A stretch of DNA of 64,000 bases from Candidatus Aminicenantales bacterium (GTDB taxonomy: Bacteria; Acidobacteriota; Aminicenantia; Aminicenantales; UBA4085). The position numbers and the translations under genes are program-made. Positions within the stretch are counted from its first letter, which is position 1; the number at the start of each line of letters is the position of its first letter. The notes under the pieces were generated by a model that made no database searches, was not told the origin of the DNA, and saw only the letters and a list, made by a program, of their open reading frames with translations. The DNA lies in NCBI GenBank assembly GCA_049515535.1, contig JBEKTZ010000010.1, positions 62,001 through 126,000 of the forward strand. The letters are read 5' to 3'. Below, piece after piece: positions 1 to 9,913 of this stretch.

Positions 1-2
1 TG

Positions 3-698
3 GATGTGCCGGACGCGTTCCGGGCCAGCTATTTCATCCAGGAGCTCAAGGAATTCGAAAAAACGGGCGACTTTCCCAACCTCATCCTCATCTGCCTGCC
101 GGACGATCATACGAGCGGGACCAAGGAAGGGCTGCCGACGCCGGCGGCCTTCGTCGCGGACAACGACCTCGCCTTCGGCCGGATCGTGGAGGCGATCAGC
201 AACAGCCGATTCTGGAAGGACACCGTGATCTTCGGCATCGAGGACGATCCCCAGAACGGCTGGGACCATGTCAGCGGATACCGGACGACCGCCTACGTCA
301 TCAGCCCTTATACGAAACGGGGCCAGATCATCAGCGCGCCGTACAACACCATCAGCATCCTGAGGACGATCGAGCAGATCCTCGGCCTCCCGCCGATGAA
401 TCAATTCGACGCGGCGGCCGCGCCGATGATCGAATGTTTCACGGAAACGCCGGATTTCGCGCCGTTCAAGGCCCTGCCCAACCGCGTGCCTCTCGATGAA
501 ATGAATCCCCCGAAGAAAAAGATCGCCGATCCCCTGCTTCGCAAGCAGGCCGCCCTCTCGGCGCGGCTCGACTTCACGCGGGTGGACGCCTGCCCTGAGG
601 ACGTCCTTAACCGGATCCTCTGGCACGCCATGAAAGGGAGCACCGCCCCGTATCCGGAATGGGCCGTCTCCTTAAAATCGAGAGACATCGACGATTAG
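3..698 (+). CDS. Alkaline-phosphatase-like/phosphoesterase family protein, C-terminal part (5' partial)
   Basis: Open from the window edge. Motifs LPDDHTSG, VADNDLAFGRIVEAIS and EDDPQNGWDHV are typical of YncE/alkaline-phosphatase-family fusions. Confidence 0.75.
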   Translation, partial: DVPDAFRASYFIQELKEFEKTGDFPNLILICLPDDHTSGTKEGLPTPAAFVADNDLAFGRIVEAISNSRFWKDTVIFGIEDDPQNGWDHVSGYRTTAYVISPYTKRGQIISAPYNTISILRTIEQILGLPPMNQFDAAAAPMIECFTETPDFAPFKALPNRVPLDEMNPPKKKIADPLLRKQAALSARLDFTRVDACPEDVLNRILWHAMKGSTAPYPEWAVSLKSRDIDD

Positions 699-807
699 GG
701 GCTTGAGACTCCATCCTGGATATTTTTATTCTTGCAAGCGGGAATCCGCGGCCTTTTCTCTTGAACGAAAATAGAATAGAATGCTTTTTCCTCGTTAGAA
801 CTTTCAC

Positions 808-2040
808 ATGGAAAGCCAAAATTCCGTTCCCTGTAACAACGACGAACCGGTCATCCTGACCAATTCCGGCCATCCCATCACGCGGAAGGCCATCGACGCG
901 GACGCCCTCAAGATCCTTTACCGCCTCGACCGGCTCGGATTCATCGCCTGCCTGTGCGGAGGAGCGGTCCGGGACCTGATGCTGCGAAAGAAACCGAAGG
1001 ATTTCGACATCGTCACCGACGCCAGGCCCGGACAGATCAAGAAACGCTTCGCGAACGTCTATATCATCGGGAGGCGTTTCCGTCTGGCCCACGTCCATTT
1101 CGAGGGAGGAAAGATCATCGAAGTCGCGACGTTCAGAAAGGACCTCAAGCCCGTCGAAGAGGCCGGCGCGGAGGCCGCGCCCGATCCGAAAGACATCTAC
1201 GGGACGCCCCGCGAGGACGCCTTCCGGAGGGATATCACGATCAACGCCCTCCTTTACGATTTCGCGACCGACTCCATCATCGACTATGTCGGCGGTCTCG
1301 AGGACCTGGCCCGGCGAATGATCCGAATCATCGGCGATCCCGAAGAACGTCTCGCCGAGGACCCCGTCCGCGTCTGGCGGGCCATAAGGCACGCCGCCCG
1401 CCTCGGCTTCGACATCGAAGAGACGACCGAGCGGGCGATCCAGTCGCACGGCCATTTGCTCGCCGCATGTCCCGGGTCCCGCCTCTATGAAGAGTTCAAC
1501 AAGGACCTCGCCTACGAGACCAGGCCGGTCATCGAAGCCCTCCGGAACCGCGGCATTCTACGGCACATCCTCGGCCGCGTCGGCGAAGATTACGAAGCCG
1601 ACGCCGGCCTTTTCTGTCGGCTCGAGACGCTCCTAGACATCATCGATCGGACGAGCTCGGCGACGTTCCATTTATCGTTGGAGGAAATGTACGCTCTCTT
1701 CTTCTGGCCCTGGATGGAACCGCTGTTCGCCGACGCGACGGGAGACATGACCAAGATCCTGGCGGACGCTTTCGTGAATGCCCGGACGCAGATGATTGTG
1801 CCCAAAAATCTTCGGGCCAACGTCATCCAGATCATGATCATCGTCGGCGGCATGCGCCGCGCGCTCTGCACGGGCCACATGCGCTGGGCTTTGAAGAGAC
1901 GGACGCATTACGCGCAGGCTTCTAAGATGTGCTTCATGATCGAGAAGGGCCGCCCGCCCGAAGGCGAGGAATCCTTCGAGAGCCTGCTCCAGGCGGCTTT
2001 TCCCTCGGCCTTGCGGCCGCGAAGACGGCGCGGCGGCTGA
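808..2040 (+). CDS. pcnB: Poly(A) polymerase I
   Basis: Class II nucleotidyltransferase motifs GGAVRD..KDFDI, RRDITINAL and EDPVR, the PAP-specific signature IIGRRFRLAHV, and an Arg-rich tail. Confidence 0.85.
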   Translation: MESQNSVPCNNDEPVILTNSGHPITRKAIDADALKILYRLDRLGFIACLCGGAVRDLMLRKKPKDFDIVTDARPGQIKKRFANVYIIGRRFRLAHVHFEGGKIIEVATFRKDLKPVEEAGAEAAPDPKDIYGTPREDAFRRDITINALLYDFATDSIIDYVGGLEDLARRMIRIIGDPEERLAEDPVRVWRAIRHAARLGFDIEETTERAIQSHGHLLAACPGSRLYEEFNKDLAYETRPVIEALRNRGILRHILGRVGEDYEADAGLFCRLETLLDIIDRTSSATFHLSLEEMYALFFWPWMEPLFADATGDMTKILADAFVNARTQMIVPKNLRANVIQIMIIVGGMRRALCTGHMRWALKRRTHYAQASKMCFMIEKGRPPEGEESFESLLQAAFPSALRPRRRRGG

Positions 2041-2043
2041 TCT

Positions 2044-4929
2044 TCACTGTCGGTTGCAGATATAAGCGAACGGGCAGCCTTCGCAAGTTCCTTCGGCGGC
2101 CGGGGCCGGTTCGAACGGCTGCCGGGGATCGACGATTTCGGTCAAAAGCTCATCCACGAGCGTTTCCATCGTCCGGATTTGTTCTTTGCGGACGTCCAAG
2201 TCGTTTTCTTCATAAGGGGAATATTCGATCTTCGGGCTGAGCCGGTTTCTTCCCAATATCAATAAGACGCCGTGGATTCGCTCGGCCGGGATTTGAAGGG
2301 CTCGGGAACAAATCATGTTGTAGAGAGGGAGTTGAAGACTGGCCACGGACGGTTTCCATGTCGACCTCTCGGCGATGACTAGTTTTTTAAAATTGATCCC
2401 CACGTATTTTTCCGAGGCCGACGTCTTGTAATCCAGGATATAAAGCTCTTCGCCCCGTTTCTCGACCCGATCCACCTTCGCCGCCAGTTTGAATGACGTT
2501 CCCCCGATGCTTCTCTCCACGCGGATTCTCTGTTCCAAGGTCTGAATATGGAGCTCGCCTCCCTTTTCCTCGACCGCCCTTATGACGGGAATCTGATAAT
2601 CGAGGATGAACTCCCGCATATGGCGCTTGACCTGGAGCTTCATCAAGTAGGCGCTCCCGGCCGGATCGCGTCCGTATTCCTCGTTGAAGCGGCGCTCGAC
2701 GATCACGTCGAGAACGTTCGCGTCGAGATCCTCAGCGCGAATCCGACGCCCCGTCCACTTCTTGAAATATTCTTCGAGGATCGCGTGGACGAATGTCCCG
2801 ATATCCTTCTTATCCATGGGCTCGGCAATTTCCTCTTTTTCCTTGAGCTTCAAGACATAGGCATAATAAAACCGGACGGGGCATTTGAGATACATATCGA
2901 GGGACGTCGCGGAGAACGCAAATTCCCGCAGATATTCCGCGACATCGGAGGTCTTGGCCACGGGATCCGGCTCTCCGGCTTGCAGAGCGAGCCGGTATCG
3001 GACGGTCTTCACATATTTGTCGGACCGCGGGTCCCGCTCGCGCTTCTGCCGTTCCCAGATGAGTTTCTCGACGAAGCGGCTTTTCTCCTTGTCGGCGTTC
3101 TCGACGAAGAAGAAGTGGACGGTCCCGGCGGCCTTGACAAGCGTGTCGAGATAATATTCCATCCGCCGCTCGAGGTCCTGGTAGGTCGGAAGACCGAGCG
3201 CCGCGCGCGCCGCGAACGGGAGCAGCGAATCGGCCCGCTTGAAGGACGGGATGGTTTCCTCGTTCATGTCCAGGATATAAACGTGTTCGAAAGAAATGCC
3301 CCGCGTTTCCCAGAATCCCAGGACCTGGAGTCCGCGAAGCGGCGTCCCATAAAAAGGGACCTTGCCCGCAGCGATCACTTTCCGCAACAGATTGAAATAG
3401 CTCGCGTGATCGTCAAAAACGGTCTCCCGGAGGAGCGACCGGGCCAGCGCGTCCAGCCGGGCCAGGAACGCTTCCGCATAAGGATGGAAGAAATAATGCA
3501 GCCGAGCTGTGCTGTTTTCGTAAATATAATTCAGGACCCGGATGAGCTTGTCCGCGAAATCGCCGACATTGCGGATCTCATGGAACAGCGACAGCGTGTG
3601 CTCATGGATGGCATGCCAGTGTTCGACGAAATCCGCGATGACGGGCGCGTTCTCCACGTTCCTGACCCGCTCCTGGACCGCGGCCCGGATTTCGGCGTCA
3701 CCCTCCAGCTCGTCCAGCGACCAGAAGGCCTTGGTCCGCCGGCGGGTCAGCTCTTCCTCGACGGCGTGAAAAAGGATGCGAGTCAGGTCCGCCCGCTTGT
3801 CGGGTCCGGGAAAATAGATGTTTTTCGTGTAGGGATGAAGGATGAAGCGCAGATAGTTCGGGATATAAATCCTCCCTTCTTCGTCCCTGGATTGGATGAG
3901 TTCGAACAGCTTGGCGAAGAAACTGAAAATCGGCGTCCGGGAGAGCGGATATCCCAGAGAGATATTGAAATTTTCCTCCGACAGCGCGGAAAGGGTCTGC
4001 TGGTAGAGCGGGAACAGAGCTTCCGCTGCCGGCAGGACGATGACCTGCTTTTCATTGAAAAGCCGGGGATCGCGCAATGGACCTTCCAAGATCTTGTTCA
4101 GGGCAAAAATCTGGCCGTGCGTGTCGGCGCTCCTGACGAACTCGAGCGGCGGGTCGGGCTCGGGCGTCTCGATCTCCTTCCGCAAGGCAAAATCGGCGAC
4201 GCCCAATTTATCAAGCAGCGTTTCGATCCCCTTTCCTTTGAGAAGATAAAGCGAGCTCTTGTCCCAGGCCAGCATGGCCTTGAGGAGGTCCGTCTCGGTC
4301 TTCGTCAGGGAGAAAAAGCCGGCGAAGATGAACTCGTCGACGTCCGGGAAAAGTTCGGGCCGGACCAGGGTGGCGGCGTCTCGGTAGCGCGTGGCCGGCG
4401 TCGAGAAGCCGCGCGCTTCGAGCGCGCCGTAAAACCGCTCATAAAGAAGCGACATGGATTGAAGCCGCTGCGCGGTCGCCTCGGGGACGGTTTCGTCCGC
4501 CCAATGATCCAGCTTGGCGAGATCGTCCTTGCCGACGCCCGCGGCATGCAATTCTTCAAGGTCGTGAAACAGCTTCACGCCCAGCGGAAAGAAATGATCC
4601 GCGGACACGAAGCGGTCCCCTCCCGGCCGGCCGGGCGTATCCCGGTGGATCTCGAAAAGCAGGGCGACCGCGTCCAAGGTGTCGATCGGACGGCCCCGCA
4701 GCCCGAGCCGTTCCGCGCAGATCCGATCGACGAACGCGTCGATGGCGTCGATGCGCGGCGGGACGAATCCGGAGCGTTCCCTCTCGGCCAGCTTTTTCCG
4801 CAGATAATAAGCCGGCCGTTTTTCGGGAAAGACGACCCAGCGCCGGGAATAATCCTTGTTGTCCGCGCGCAGCCGGGAGGCGATGGTCGCGACGAGATCG
4901 TTTTTGGGAGAGACGAGCTCGATTCTCAT
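2044..4929 (-). CDS. addB: AddB-like PD-(D/E)XK nuclease subunit with Fe-S cysteines
   Basis: SATSLDMYLKCP, KVDRVE..ILDYKT and C-terminal CEGCPFAYIC. The ATG at 4929 overlaps the addA stop (ATGA). Confidence 0.8.
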   Translation of the reverse strand: MRIELVSPKNDLVATIASRLRADNKDYSRRWVVFPEKRPAYYLRKKLAERERSGFVPPRIDAIDAFVDRICAERLGLRGRPIDTLDAVALLFEIHRDTPGRPGGDRFVSADHFFPLGVKLFHDLEELHAAGVGKDDLAKLDHWADETVPEATAQRLQSMSLLYERFYGALEARGFSTPATRYRDAATLVRPELFPDVDEFIFAGFFSLTKTETDLLKAMLAWDKSSLYLLKGKGIETLLDKLGVADFALRKEIETPEPDPPLEFVRSADTHGQIFALNKILEGPLRDPRLFNEKQVIVLPAAEALFPLYQQTLSALSEENFNISLGYPLSRTPIFSFFAKLFELIQSRDEEGRIYIPNYLRFILHPYTKNIYFPGPDKRADLTRILFHAVEEELTRRRTKAFWSLDELEGDAEIRAAVQERVRNVENAPVIADFVEHWHAIHEHTLSLFHEIRNVGDFADKLIRVLNYIYENSTARLHYFFHPYAEAFLARLDALARSLLRETVFDDHASYFNLLRKVIAAGKVPFYGTPLRGLQVLGFWETRGISFEHVYILDMNEETIPSFKRADSLLPFAARAALGLPTYQDLERRMEYYLDTLVKAAGTVHFFFVENADKEKSRFVEKLIWERQKRERDPRSDKYVKTVRYRLALQAGEPDPVAKTSDVAEYLREFAFSATSLDMYLKCPVRFYYAYVLKLKEKEEIAEPMDKKDIGTFVHAILEEYFKKWTGRRIRAEDLDANVLDVIVERRFNEEYGRDPAGSAYLMKLQVKRHMREFILDYQIPVIRAVEEKGGELHIQTLEQRIRVERSIGGTSFKLAAKVDRVEKRGEELYILDYKTSASEKYVGINFKKLVIAERSTWKPSVASLQLPLYNMICSRALQIPAERIHGVLLILGRNRLSPKIEYSPYEENDLDVRKEQIRTMETLVDELLTEIVDPRQPFEPAPAAEGTCEGCPFAYICNRQ

Positions 4930-7900
4930 GCGACCGTCTCCCATTCGTTTCTATCGATGTACGCGAGAATCCCCCGGACGGACTTCCCGTGAAAAATCTC
5001 CTTCATGATCCGGACATAGGTCCCGACCTGCTCGCGATCGGCCGTTTTCCATTCCGTTCGCTTCGCCGTTCCGGCCGTCCCGCCGGTCTTGAAATCGACG
5101 ATGTGGACGGCGGCCCCGTCGATGACGACCCGGTCCATACGGTAAACCGCGCCCGCCGCGTCGCAAAAATCCACCTCCCGCAGGACGCGGCGGCCTTCCT
5201 TTTCGATGAAAAGTTCGTCGAGCGGAGAACCCTGAAAAAAGCGGACGATCGAGCGCCCGACGGCGTCGAAGAGCGGCGCTTCGTTTTCCCGCGGCGCCAT
5301 GTCCCCGACGATCCGGGCGATATCTCCATCCCAGCCGGAGCGGAGGAATTCGAGCCCGGCCAGGATCCCGTGCGCGATCTCCCCTCGCCGGATGTTCTCG
5401 TAGTTCAGGGTCTCCCGCCGGTTGGGAGGAAGCTCGAACGGGCCGGGAACGCGCCACGCATCGGCCCGGGGAGAATCCTCCCGGCACGTCTGCGGACAGG
5501 CCGCAGGCGGGACCGGCGCCGAAACATAATTTTCCTCGCCGAGCAGGTCGAAAGGATAGGCCTTCTGCTTGCCTTTGACGCCGACGATATGGAGCTCGAC
5601 CTTGGCCCTGGTCAGCGCGACATAGAGCCGGTTCAAACTTTCCACGGCGTCCTTCATCCGCCGTTCTTCGTAAACGCGGGCCAATTTTTCGTCCGCTTCC
5701 GCCAGGTCTTGATTGATTTTGTATATCCGGACAAAGTCCTCGTCCTCGCCGATATAGAAGTCCGGCGGCATCCATTTCTCCCCGTAGACCAGGAAGATCA
5801 CGACCTGGAAGCCCAGTCCCTTGGCCTTATGGATGCTCATGATCCGGACGGCATCGGCGTCGGGCGGAACGTCGATCGTCCAGTCCGAGCCCTGTCCTTC
5901 CCCGGCGGTCGTGAGTTCGAGGAACTCCCGGAGGTCGTTGCGGCCCGATCCTTCGAAATCCTTGATGACTTCGAGGAGCTTCGTGAGCGCGGCCTCTTCG
6001 TCCGGAAAAAGCTCGAAGACGTCAAAGACCCGGTAGATCATCGTCACCAGGTCGTAGAGAGGATAATATCCGACGGACTTGAAGAATGGCTCGAAATAGC
6101 GGTTCCACGGATCAGCGTGCCGGTTTCTAAAAGCGGAATAAAGGGGATAATCCTTTTCCCGTTGAGCGGCGAAGAGAAATTCCGGTCCCGCGTCCGGATC
6201 GAGGGTCCGGCCGTCCCGCTCCATTTTCCTTTTCAGGACGTCGCCCAGGAGAAAAACGGAGAACGAGAGATCGTCCGGCGGAGAATCGAGGAACTGGAGG
6301 AGAGCCGTGATCTCGCCGATGATTTTCCGCTTCCGGATGTCGAGGCTGCTGAAGGGGATGAAGGGAACGTGGATCTCGTTGAGCCAGGATGCGACCTCGG
6401 CCACGGATTCGTTTTTGTACGTCAGGACGGCCATGTCGGACCAGGCATAACCTCTTTTTTTCAATTCGAGGACGCGATTTTGGATCTCGGCTTTTTCCGG
6501 AACGACGTCCGGATCCTTTTCGAGAACGACATATTCCACGTATCCGGAGCCCCGGTGCTCATCGACGGGCTCTTGTTCCCAACGATTCAATCCGCTCCGT
6601 TCGGCGATCGCCCGGTATTCCCCGTCTTCGTTCAATTTCCCCAGAAATATTTTCTTGACGAATTCCAGGACGGACCCATGACATCGGTGGTTATCATGCA
6701 GCTCATGGCGATCGACCGGAACGGACGGAAATCCGTCTCTTCCCTCCTCCAGATTTTTCATGATCTCGTAATCGGCGGCGCGGAAGCCGTAGATCGCTTG
6801 CTTCGTGTCGCCGACGACGAAGAGGCTCCCCTCTTGGCTCAAGGATTCCTCGATCAGGGGCTTCAGATCCGTCCATTGGATCAGAGAGGTGTCCTGGAAC
6901 TCGTCGATGAGGTAATGGAAGACCCGGTCACCGAGACGGAAATAGACGTCCGGCACAATGCCCTTGTTGATATAGCCCGAAAGCCGCTTGCCGATATCCT
7001 CGATGAAAACCGTTCCCAGCCGGCGCTTGACCTGGTCGAGCGTCCCGGAAAGAGCTTGAAAGGCCAGGAGGTAAGGATAAAAGTAATCGCGGGCATAGTG
7101 GGATTTGTATTGATTGACCAGACCTTCCAGGTTCGCCCACGCCCGGAGGATTTGTCCATGGATCTTCACGTCCTGCCCTGATTTTGGTTTCTTGACCGGA
7201 GCGGTTTTAAAGCTGCAGCTCAGGAGATCCGCGAAGCGGCGCTCTCCGATCGCCGGAAGGATTCTGGAATGGCAATGCCCCCTCTTATCGGGCTCCAATC
7301 CGGAGGCGTCGATCGCGTCTTTCATTTCCCCGGCGACCCGCGCGATTCGCTTTTGAAGTCCCGCCCGCTCGTCTTCGAAATTCTCGATCTTCAAATCCCG
7401 GTCGCGGGCGGCCAGTTTCGTGTGAAGGGTCCTCAGCGTTTCCAAAACCTGGGGCGTTGGATCCCAGGCAAAGGGGGCTTTCTCCGGCGCATTCGCGAGA
7501 ATATGGTCCACGATGCTCTTGAAGATCCTGCCGTCATCGGAACGCGCCGTCACCCGCCGCAGATGCCGGAAAAAGGCGTAGCGGATGAGCTCGGCATTGT
7601 CGAGGACGATCTCGAAATCCGGCGAATATCCCAGATCGATCGCGGACGCCCGGAAAATAGCGGCCATGAAACTGTCGATGGTCTCCACCTGGAAGTCGCT
7701 GTAATTGCATAGGATGCGATCGAGCGCGTCTTCGGCTTTCCGGGGCAGACGAACACTCGGGATGGCGACGATCTCCAGGATCTCATGGATCTCGCGGCTT
7801 TCATTCCGGACGTCGGCGAAACAGCAATCCTTTAACCAGCCCAGGATCCGCGTTTTCATTTCGCGCGCGGCGTTCTTGGTGAAGGTGATAGCGAGGATAT

Positions 7901-8057
7901 TGCGGAGATCGCTGCGCGTGGCGTCTTTCACCAGATCGGAGAGAAGGAACTGGACGAAGCGAAGCGACAGGGCATGGGTCTTGCCGGAACCGGCCGATGC
8001 CTTGAGCAGCACGAATTCAGGGAATTTCAGGTCTTTGTCCGGGATCAAGACGGCCAT
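4926..8057 (-). CDS. addA: AddA-like UvrD helicase-nuclease
   Basis: Walker A ASAGSGKT, AITFT, IDEFQDTS, VGDTKQAIYGFR, SIHKAKGL, YVALTRA and C-terminal DRV..IVDFKTG nuclease motif. Confidence 0.85.
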   Translation of the reverse strand: MAVLIPDKDLKFPEFVLLKASAGSGKTHALSLRFVQFLLSDLVKDATRSDLRNILAITFTKNAAREMKTRILGWLKDCCFADVRNESREIHEILEIVAIPSVRLPRKAEDALDRILCNYSDFQVETIDSFMAAIFRASAIDLGYSPDFEIVLDNAELIRYAFFRHLRRVTARSDDGRIFKSIVDHILANAPEKAPFAWDPTPQVLETLRTLHTKLAARDRDLKIENFEDERAGLQKRIARVAGEMKDAIDASGLEPDKRGHCHSRILPAIGERRFADLLSCSFKTAPVKKPKSGQDVKIHGQILRAWANLEGLVNQYKSHYARDYFYPYLLAFQALSGTLDQVKRRLGTVFIEDIGKRLSGYINKGIVPDVYFRLGDRVFHYLIDEFQDTSLIQWTDLKPLIEESLSQEGSLFVVGDTKQAIYGFRAADYEIMKNLEEGRDGFPSVPVDRHELHDNHRCHGSVLEFVKKIFLGKLNEDGEYRAIAERSGLNRWEQEPVDEHRGSGYVEYVVLEKDPDVVPEKAEIQNRVLELKKRGYAWSDMAVLTYKNESVAEVASWLNEIHVPFIPFSSLDIRKRKIIGEITALLQFLDSPPDDLSFSVFLLGDVLKRKMERDGRTLDPDAGPEFLFAAQREKDYPLYSAFRNRHADPWNRYFEPFFKSVGYYPLYDLVTMIYRVFDVFELFPDEEAALTKLLEVIKDFEGSGRNDLREFLELTTAGEGQGSDWTIDVPPDADAVRIMSIHKAKGLGFQVVIFLVYGEKWMPPDFYIGEDEDFVRIYKINQDLAEADEKLARVYEERRMKDAVESLNRLYVALTRAKVELHIVGVKGKQKAYPFDLLGEENYVSAPVPPAACPQTCREDSPRADAWRVPGPFELPPNRRETLNYENIRRGEIAHGILAGLEFLRSGWDGDIARIVGDMAPRENEAPLFDAVGRSIVRFFQGSPLDELFIEKEGRRVLREVDFCDAAGAVYRMDRVVIDGAAVHIVDFKTGGTAGTAKRTEWKTADREQVGTYVRIMKEIFHGKSVRGILAYIDRNEWETVA

Positions 8058-8064
8058 CGAAGAA

Positions 8065-8094
8065 AATATATCGTTAGAGGAGAGCGCACGTCAA
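8065..8094 (-). promoter_or_regulatory. Sigma70-type promoter of addAB, probably leaderless
   Basis: TTGACG-N18-TATATT on the minus strand, ending 8 nt before the ATG at 8057. No Shine-Dalgarno sequence. Confidence 0.55.
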
Positions 8095-8188
8095 TAGAAT
8101 TGATGCCGCCGAATAGCCGGAAACTGACCGTAATACAGTTTCGGGGACATGATTCCCTGTCCCCATGGGAAGCGATGAAGTGATCAGC

Positions 8189-9487
8189 CTACCTCTTTTC
8201 GTACGAATCCACGATCGACTGATAGACCAGCGCGCGGAACTTCCCGTGAAGGTCGCTGTTGCCCGCGGGCAGGAGCTGGGTCATGAGGACGCAGACGAGC
8301 TGTTCGGCGGGATCGACCCAGTAGGTCGTGTGATAAGCCCCGCCCCAGCCGAAAGCGCCGGTCGTTCCCGGCTGGCCGTTCCGGCCCAGCTTGTCCGTCA
8401 CCCAGAATCCCAACCCGAACCCCTGGCTGCCGTAGAGATCGCCGACATGATCGACCGTCATGAGCTCCACGGATTTCGGGCTGAGGACGCGGACGCCGTC
8501 GAGCTCGCCGCCGTTGAGCAGCATGCAGAGGAACCGGGCGTAATCTTCGGCCGTGGCGAGGAGGCCCGCGCCTCCGGCGTAGCACATCCGCGGACCCTTG
8601 ACGTAAAAACTCTCGCGGGGATCCTCGACAAGTTTGAGGCCGCCTTTCTCGTCTACGCCGTAAACGGGGGTCAAACGCCCGATTTTGTCCTCGGGCAGGA
8701 AGAAATGCGCGTCCGTCATGCCCAGCGGGCCGGTGATCTTCTTGGCAAAGAACTCGGCCAGGCTCATCCCCGAGACGCGCTCCACCAAATACCCGAGAAT
8801 ATCCGTATTGTATCCATAAATGAATTTCTCGCCGGGCTGCGCGTCGAAGGGCAGGGTCGCCAGTTTTTTAATGACTTCGCCGATGGGCATATTCTTGTCC
8901 GCCAGGAACCAGCCGTGAATGCCGGCCGCCGCATATTCGTCGCGCGCCGGTCCGTCCCCATAGGAAATCCCGGCGGTGTGCGTCAGAAGATCGCGGATGG
9001 TGATGGGCCGTTTGGCCGGGACCGTCGAATAGCCTTTCGCACCCTTGTCCTGCGCCTGGACCGCGACGCGCGTGGCGGCGAACTCTGGAATGTATTTCGA
9101 CACGGCGTCGTCAATGAGGAGCCGCCCTTCTTCCTGGAGCATCATCACTGCGACGCTCGTCACGGCTTTCGTCTGCGAGGCGACGCGGAAAATGGCGTTG
9201 GCCGGCATGGGCGTGCCCTTGGCGAGATCGAGCTTGCCGAAGGGTTTGAAGTAGGCGACTTTTCCTTTCCGGGCGATGAGCGTCACCATCCCCGCGACCT
9301 TTCCCTGGTCGACATATTCCTGCATCACATGGGTGAGCCGTTCCAGCCTCTCGGTCGAGAGTCCGACCTCGGCAGGCTTGGCGATCGGAAGCGACGCCGC
9401 TAGGCCGAGAGCGGCCATGACGAACAGGCCCATGAGCGCCGCGGCGGCCGGGCGCCGGAAGCGGGCGATATGATCATTTCTTTTCAT
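8189..9487 (-). CDS. Secreted serine hydrolase, beta-lactamase (class C-like) family
   Basis: Signal peptide, SxxK (ASQTK), LLTHTAG, YGYN and FGWGGAY. Confidence 0.85.
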   Translation of the reverse strand: MKRNDHIARFRRPAAAALMGLFVMAALGLAASLPIAKPAEVGLSTERLERLTHVMQEYVDQGKVAGMVTLIARKGKVAYFKPFGKLDLAKGTPMPANAIFRVASQTKAVTSVAVMMLQEEGRLLIDDAVSKYIPEFAATRVAVQAQDKGAKGYSTVPAKRPITIRDLLTHTAGISYGDGPARDEYAAAGIHGWFLADKNMPIGEVIKKLATLPFDAQPGEKFIYGYNTDILGYLVERVSGMSLAEFFAKKITGPLGMTDAHFFLPEDKIGRLTPVYGVDEKGGLKLVEDPRESFYVKGPRMCYAGGAGLLATAEDYARFLCMLLNGGELDGVRVLSPKSVELMTVDHVGDLYGSQGFGLGFWVTDKLGRNGQPGTTGAFGWGGAYHTTYWVDPAEQLVCVLMTQLLPAGNSDLHGKFRALVYQSIVDSYEKR

Positions 9488-9538
9488 GGCTCAATGATCC
9501 TCCTTTTTCCGGAATTTTGACGATGAAAGCACCGCCCC

Positions 9539-9568
9539 AATATAAAACCCGGCTCGGAAAGATGTCAA
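9539..9568 (-). promoter_or_regulatory. Sigma70-type promoter of the serine hydrolase
   Basis: TTGACA-N18-TATATT on the minus strand, with RBS GGAGG upstream of the ATG at 9487. Confidence 0.55.
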
Positions 9569-9671
9569 CGGCGGCTGGGGCCCCGGGCTTTGCCCGGGGG
9601 TCCACTTCCGCCGTACTCGCCCGTTGATATAAGACACGGGCGAGTGGCGAGCCGAAGGCTCGTCCCTTGAC
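9568..9671 (+). repeat. Structured ~104-bp dispersed repeat, copy 1
   Basis: ACGGCGGCTGGGGCCCCGGGCTTTGCCCGGGGGTCCACTTCCGCCGT-ACTCGCCCGT..ACGGGCGAGT-GGCGAGCC..GGCTCGTCCCTTGAC, nearly identical to the copies at 22957 and 25707. Confidence 0.95.
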
Positions 9672-9814
9672 TCGGCTGTGACGACGGATGATCTTCCATC
9701 GGCGATGAAGGATGACGTCCGATGACTTGAACCATCCGATTTAGAGTAGTACTCTTAGAAAACGGATGTAACCCGGGGAACAGGATACTTTAGCAGACGA
9801 GCTAAGGAGATGCC

Positions 9815-9913
9815 ATGAAAATAATGCGTTCGACGGCGGCTATTTTATTCTTATTGCTTTTCATCGGTACGAGTTGCGCCAGCGGACTTAAGGGATTGGA
9901 AAAGACATGCTGA
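9815..9913 (+). CDS. 32-aa small ORF with lipoprotein-like signal peptide (or gene remnant)
   Basis: AAGGAG RBS. Translates as MKIMRSTAAILFLLLFIGTSCASGLKGLEKTC. Its stop overlaps the start of the next gene. Confidence 0.4.
   Translation: MKIMRSTAAILFLLLFIGTSCASGLKGLEKTC

Noticed and set aside
2548..7181. Long + strand ORFs of 814 aa and 730 aa
   Set aside because: They are antisense shadows of addB/addA in GC-rich DNA and carry no motifs. The same applies to 8165-9403, 35689-37254, 45730-47286 and 51982-53370.
9733..9768. Palindrome CATCCG..AGAGTAGTACTCT..CGGATG
   Set aside because: Single occurrence with no regulator nearby, so an operator cannot be told from chance.
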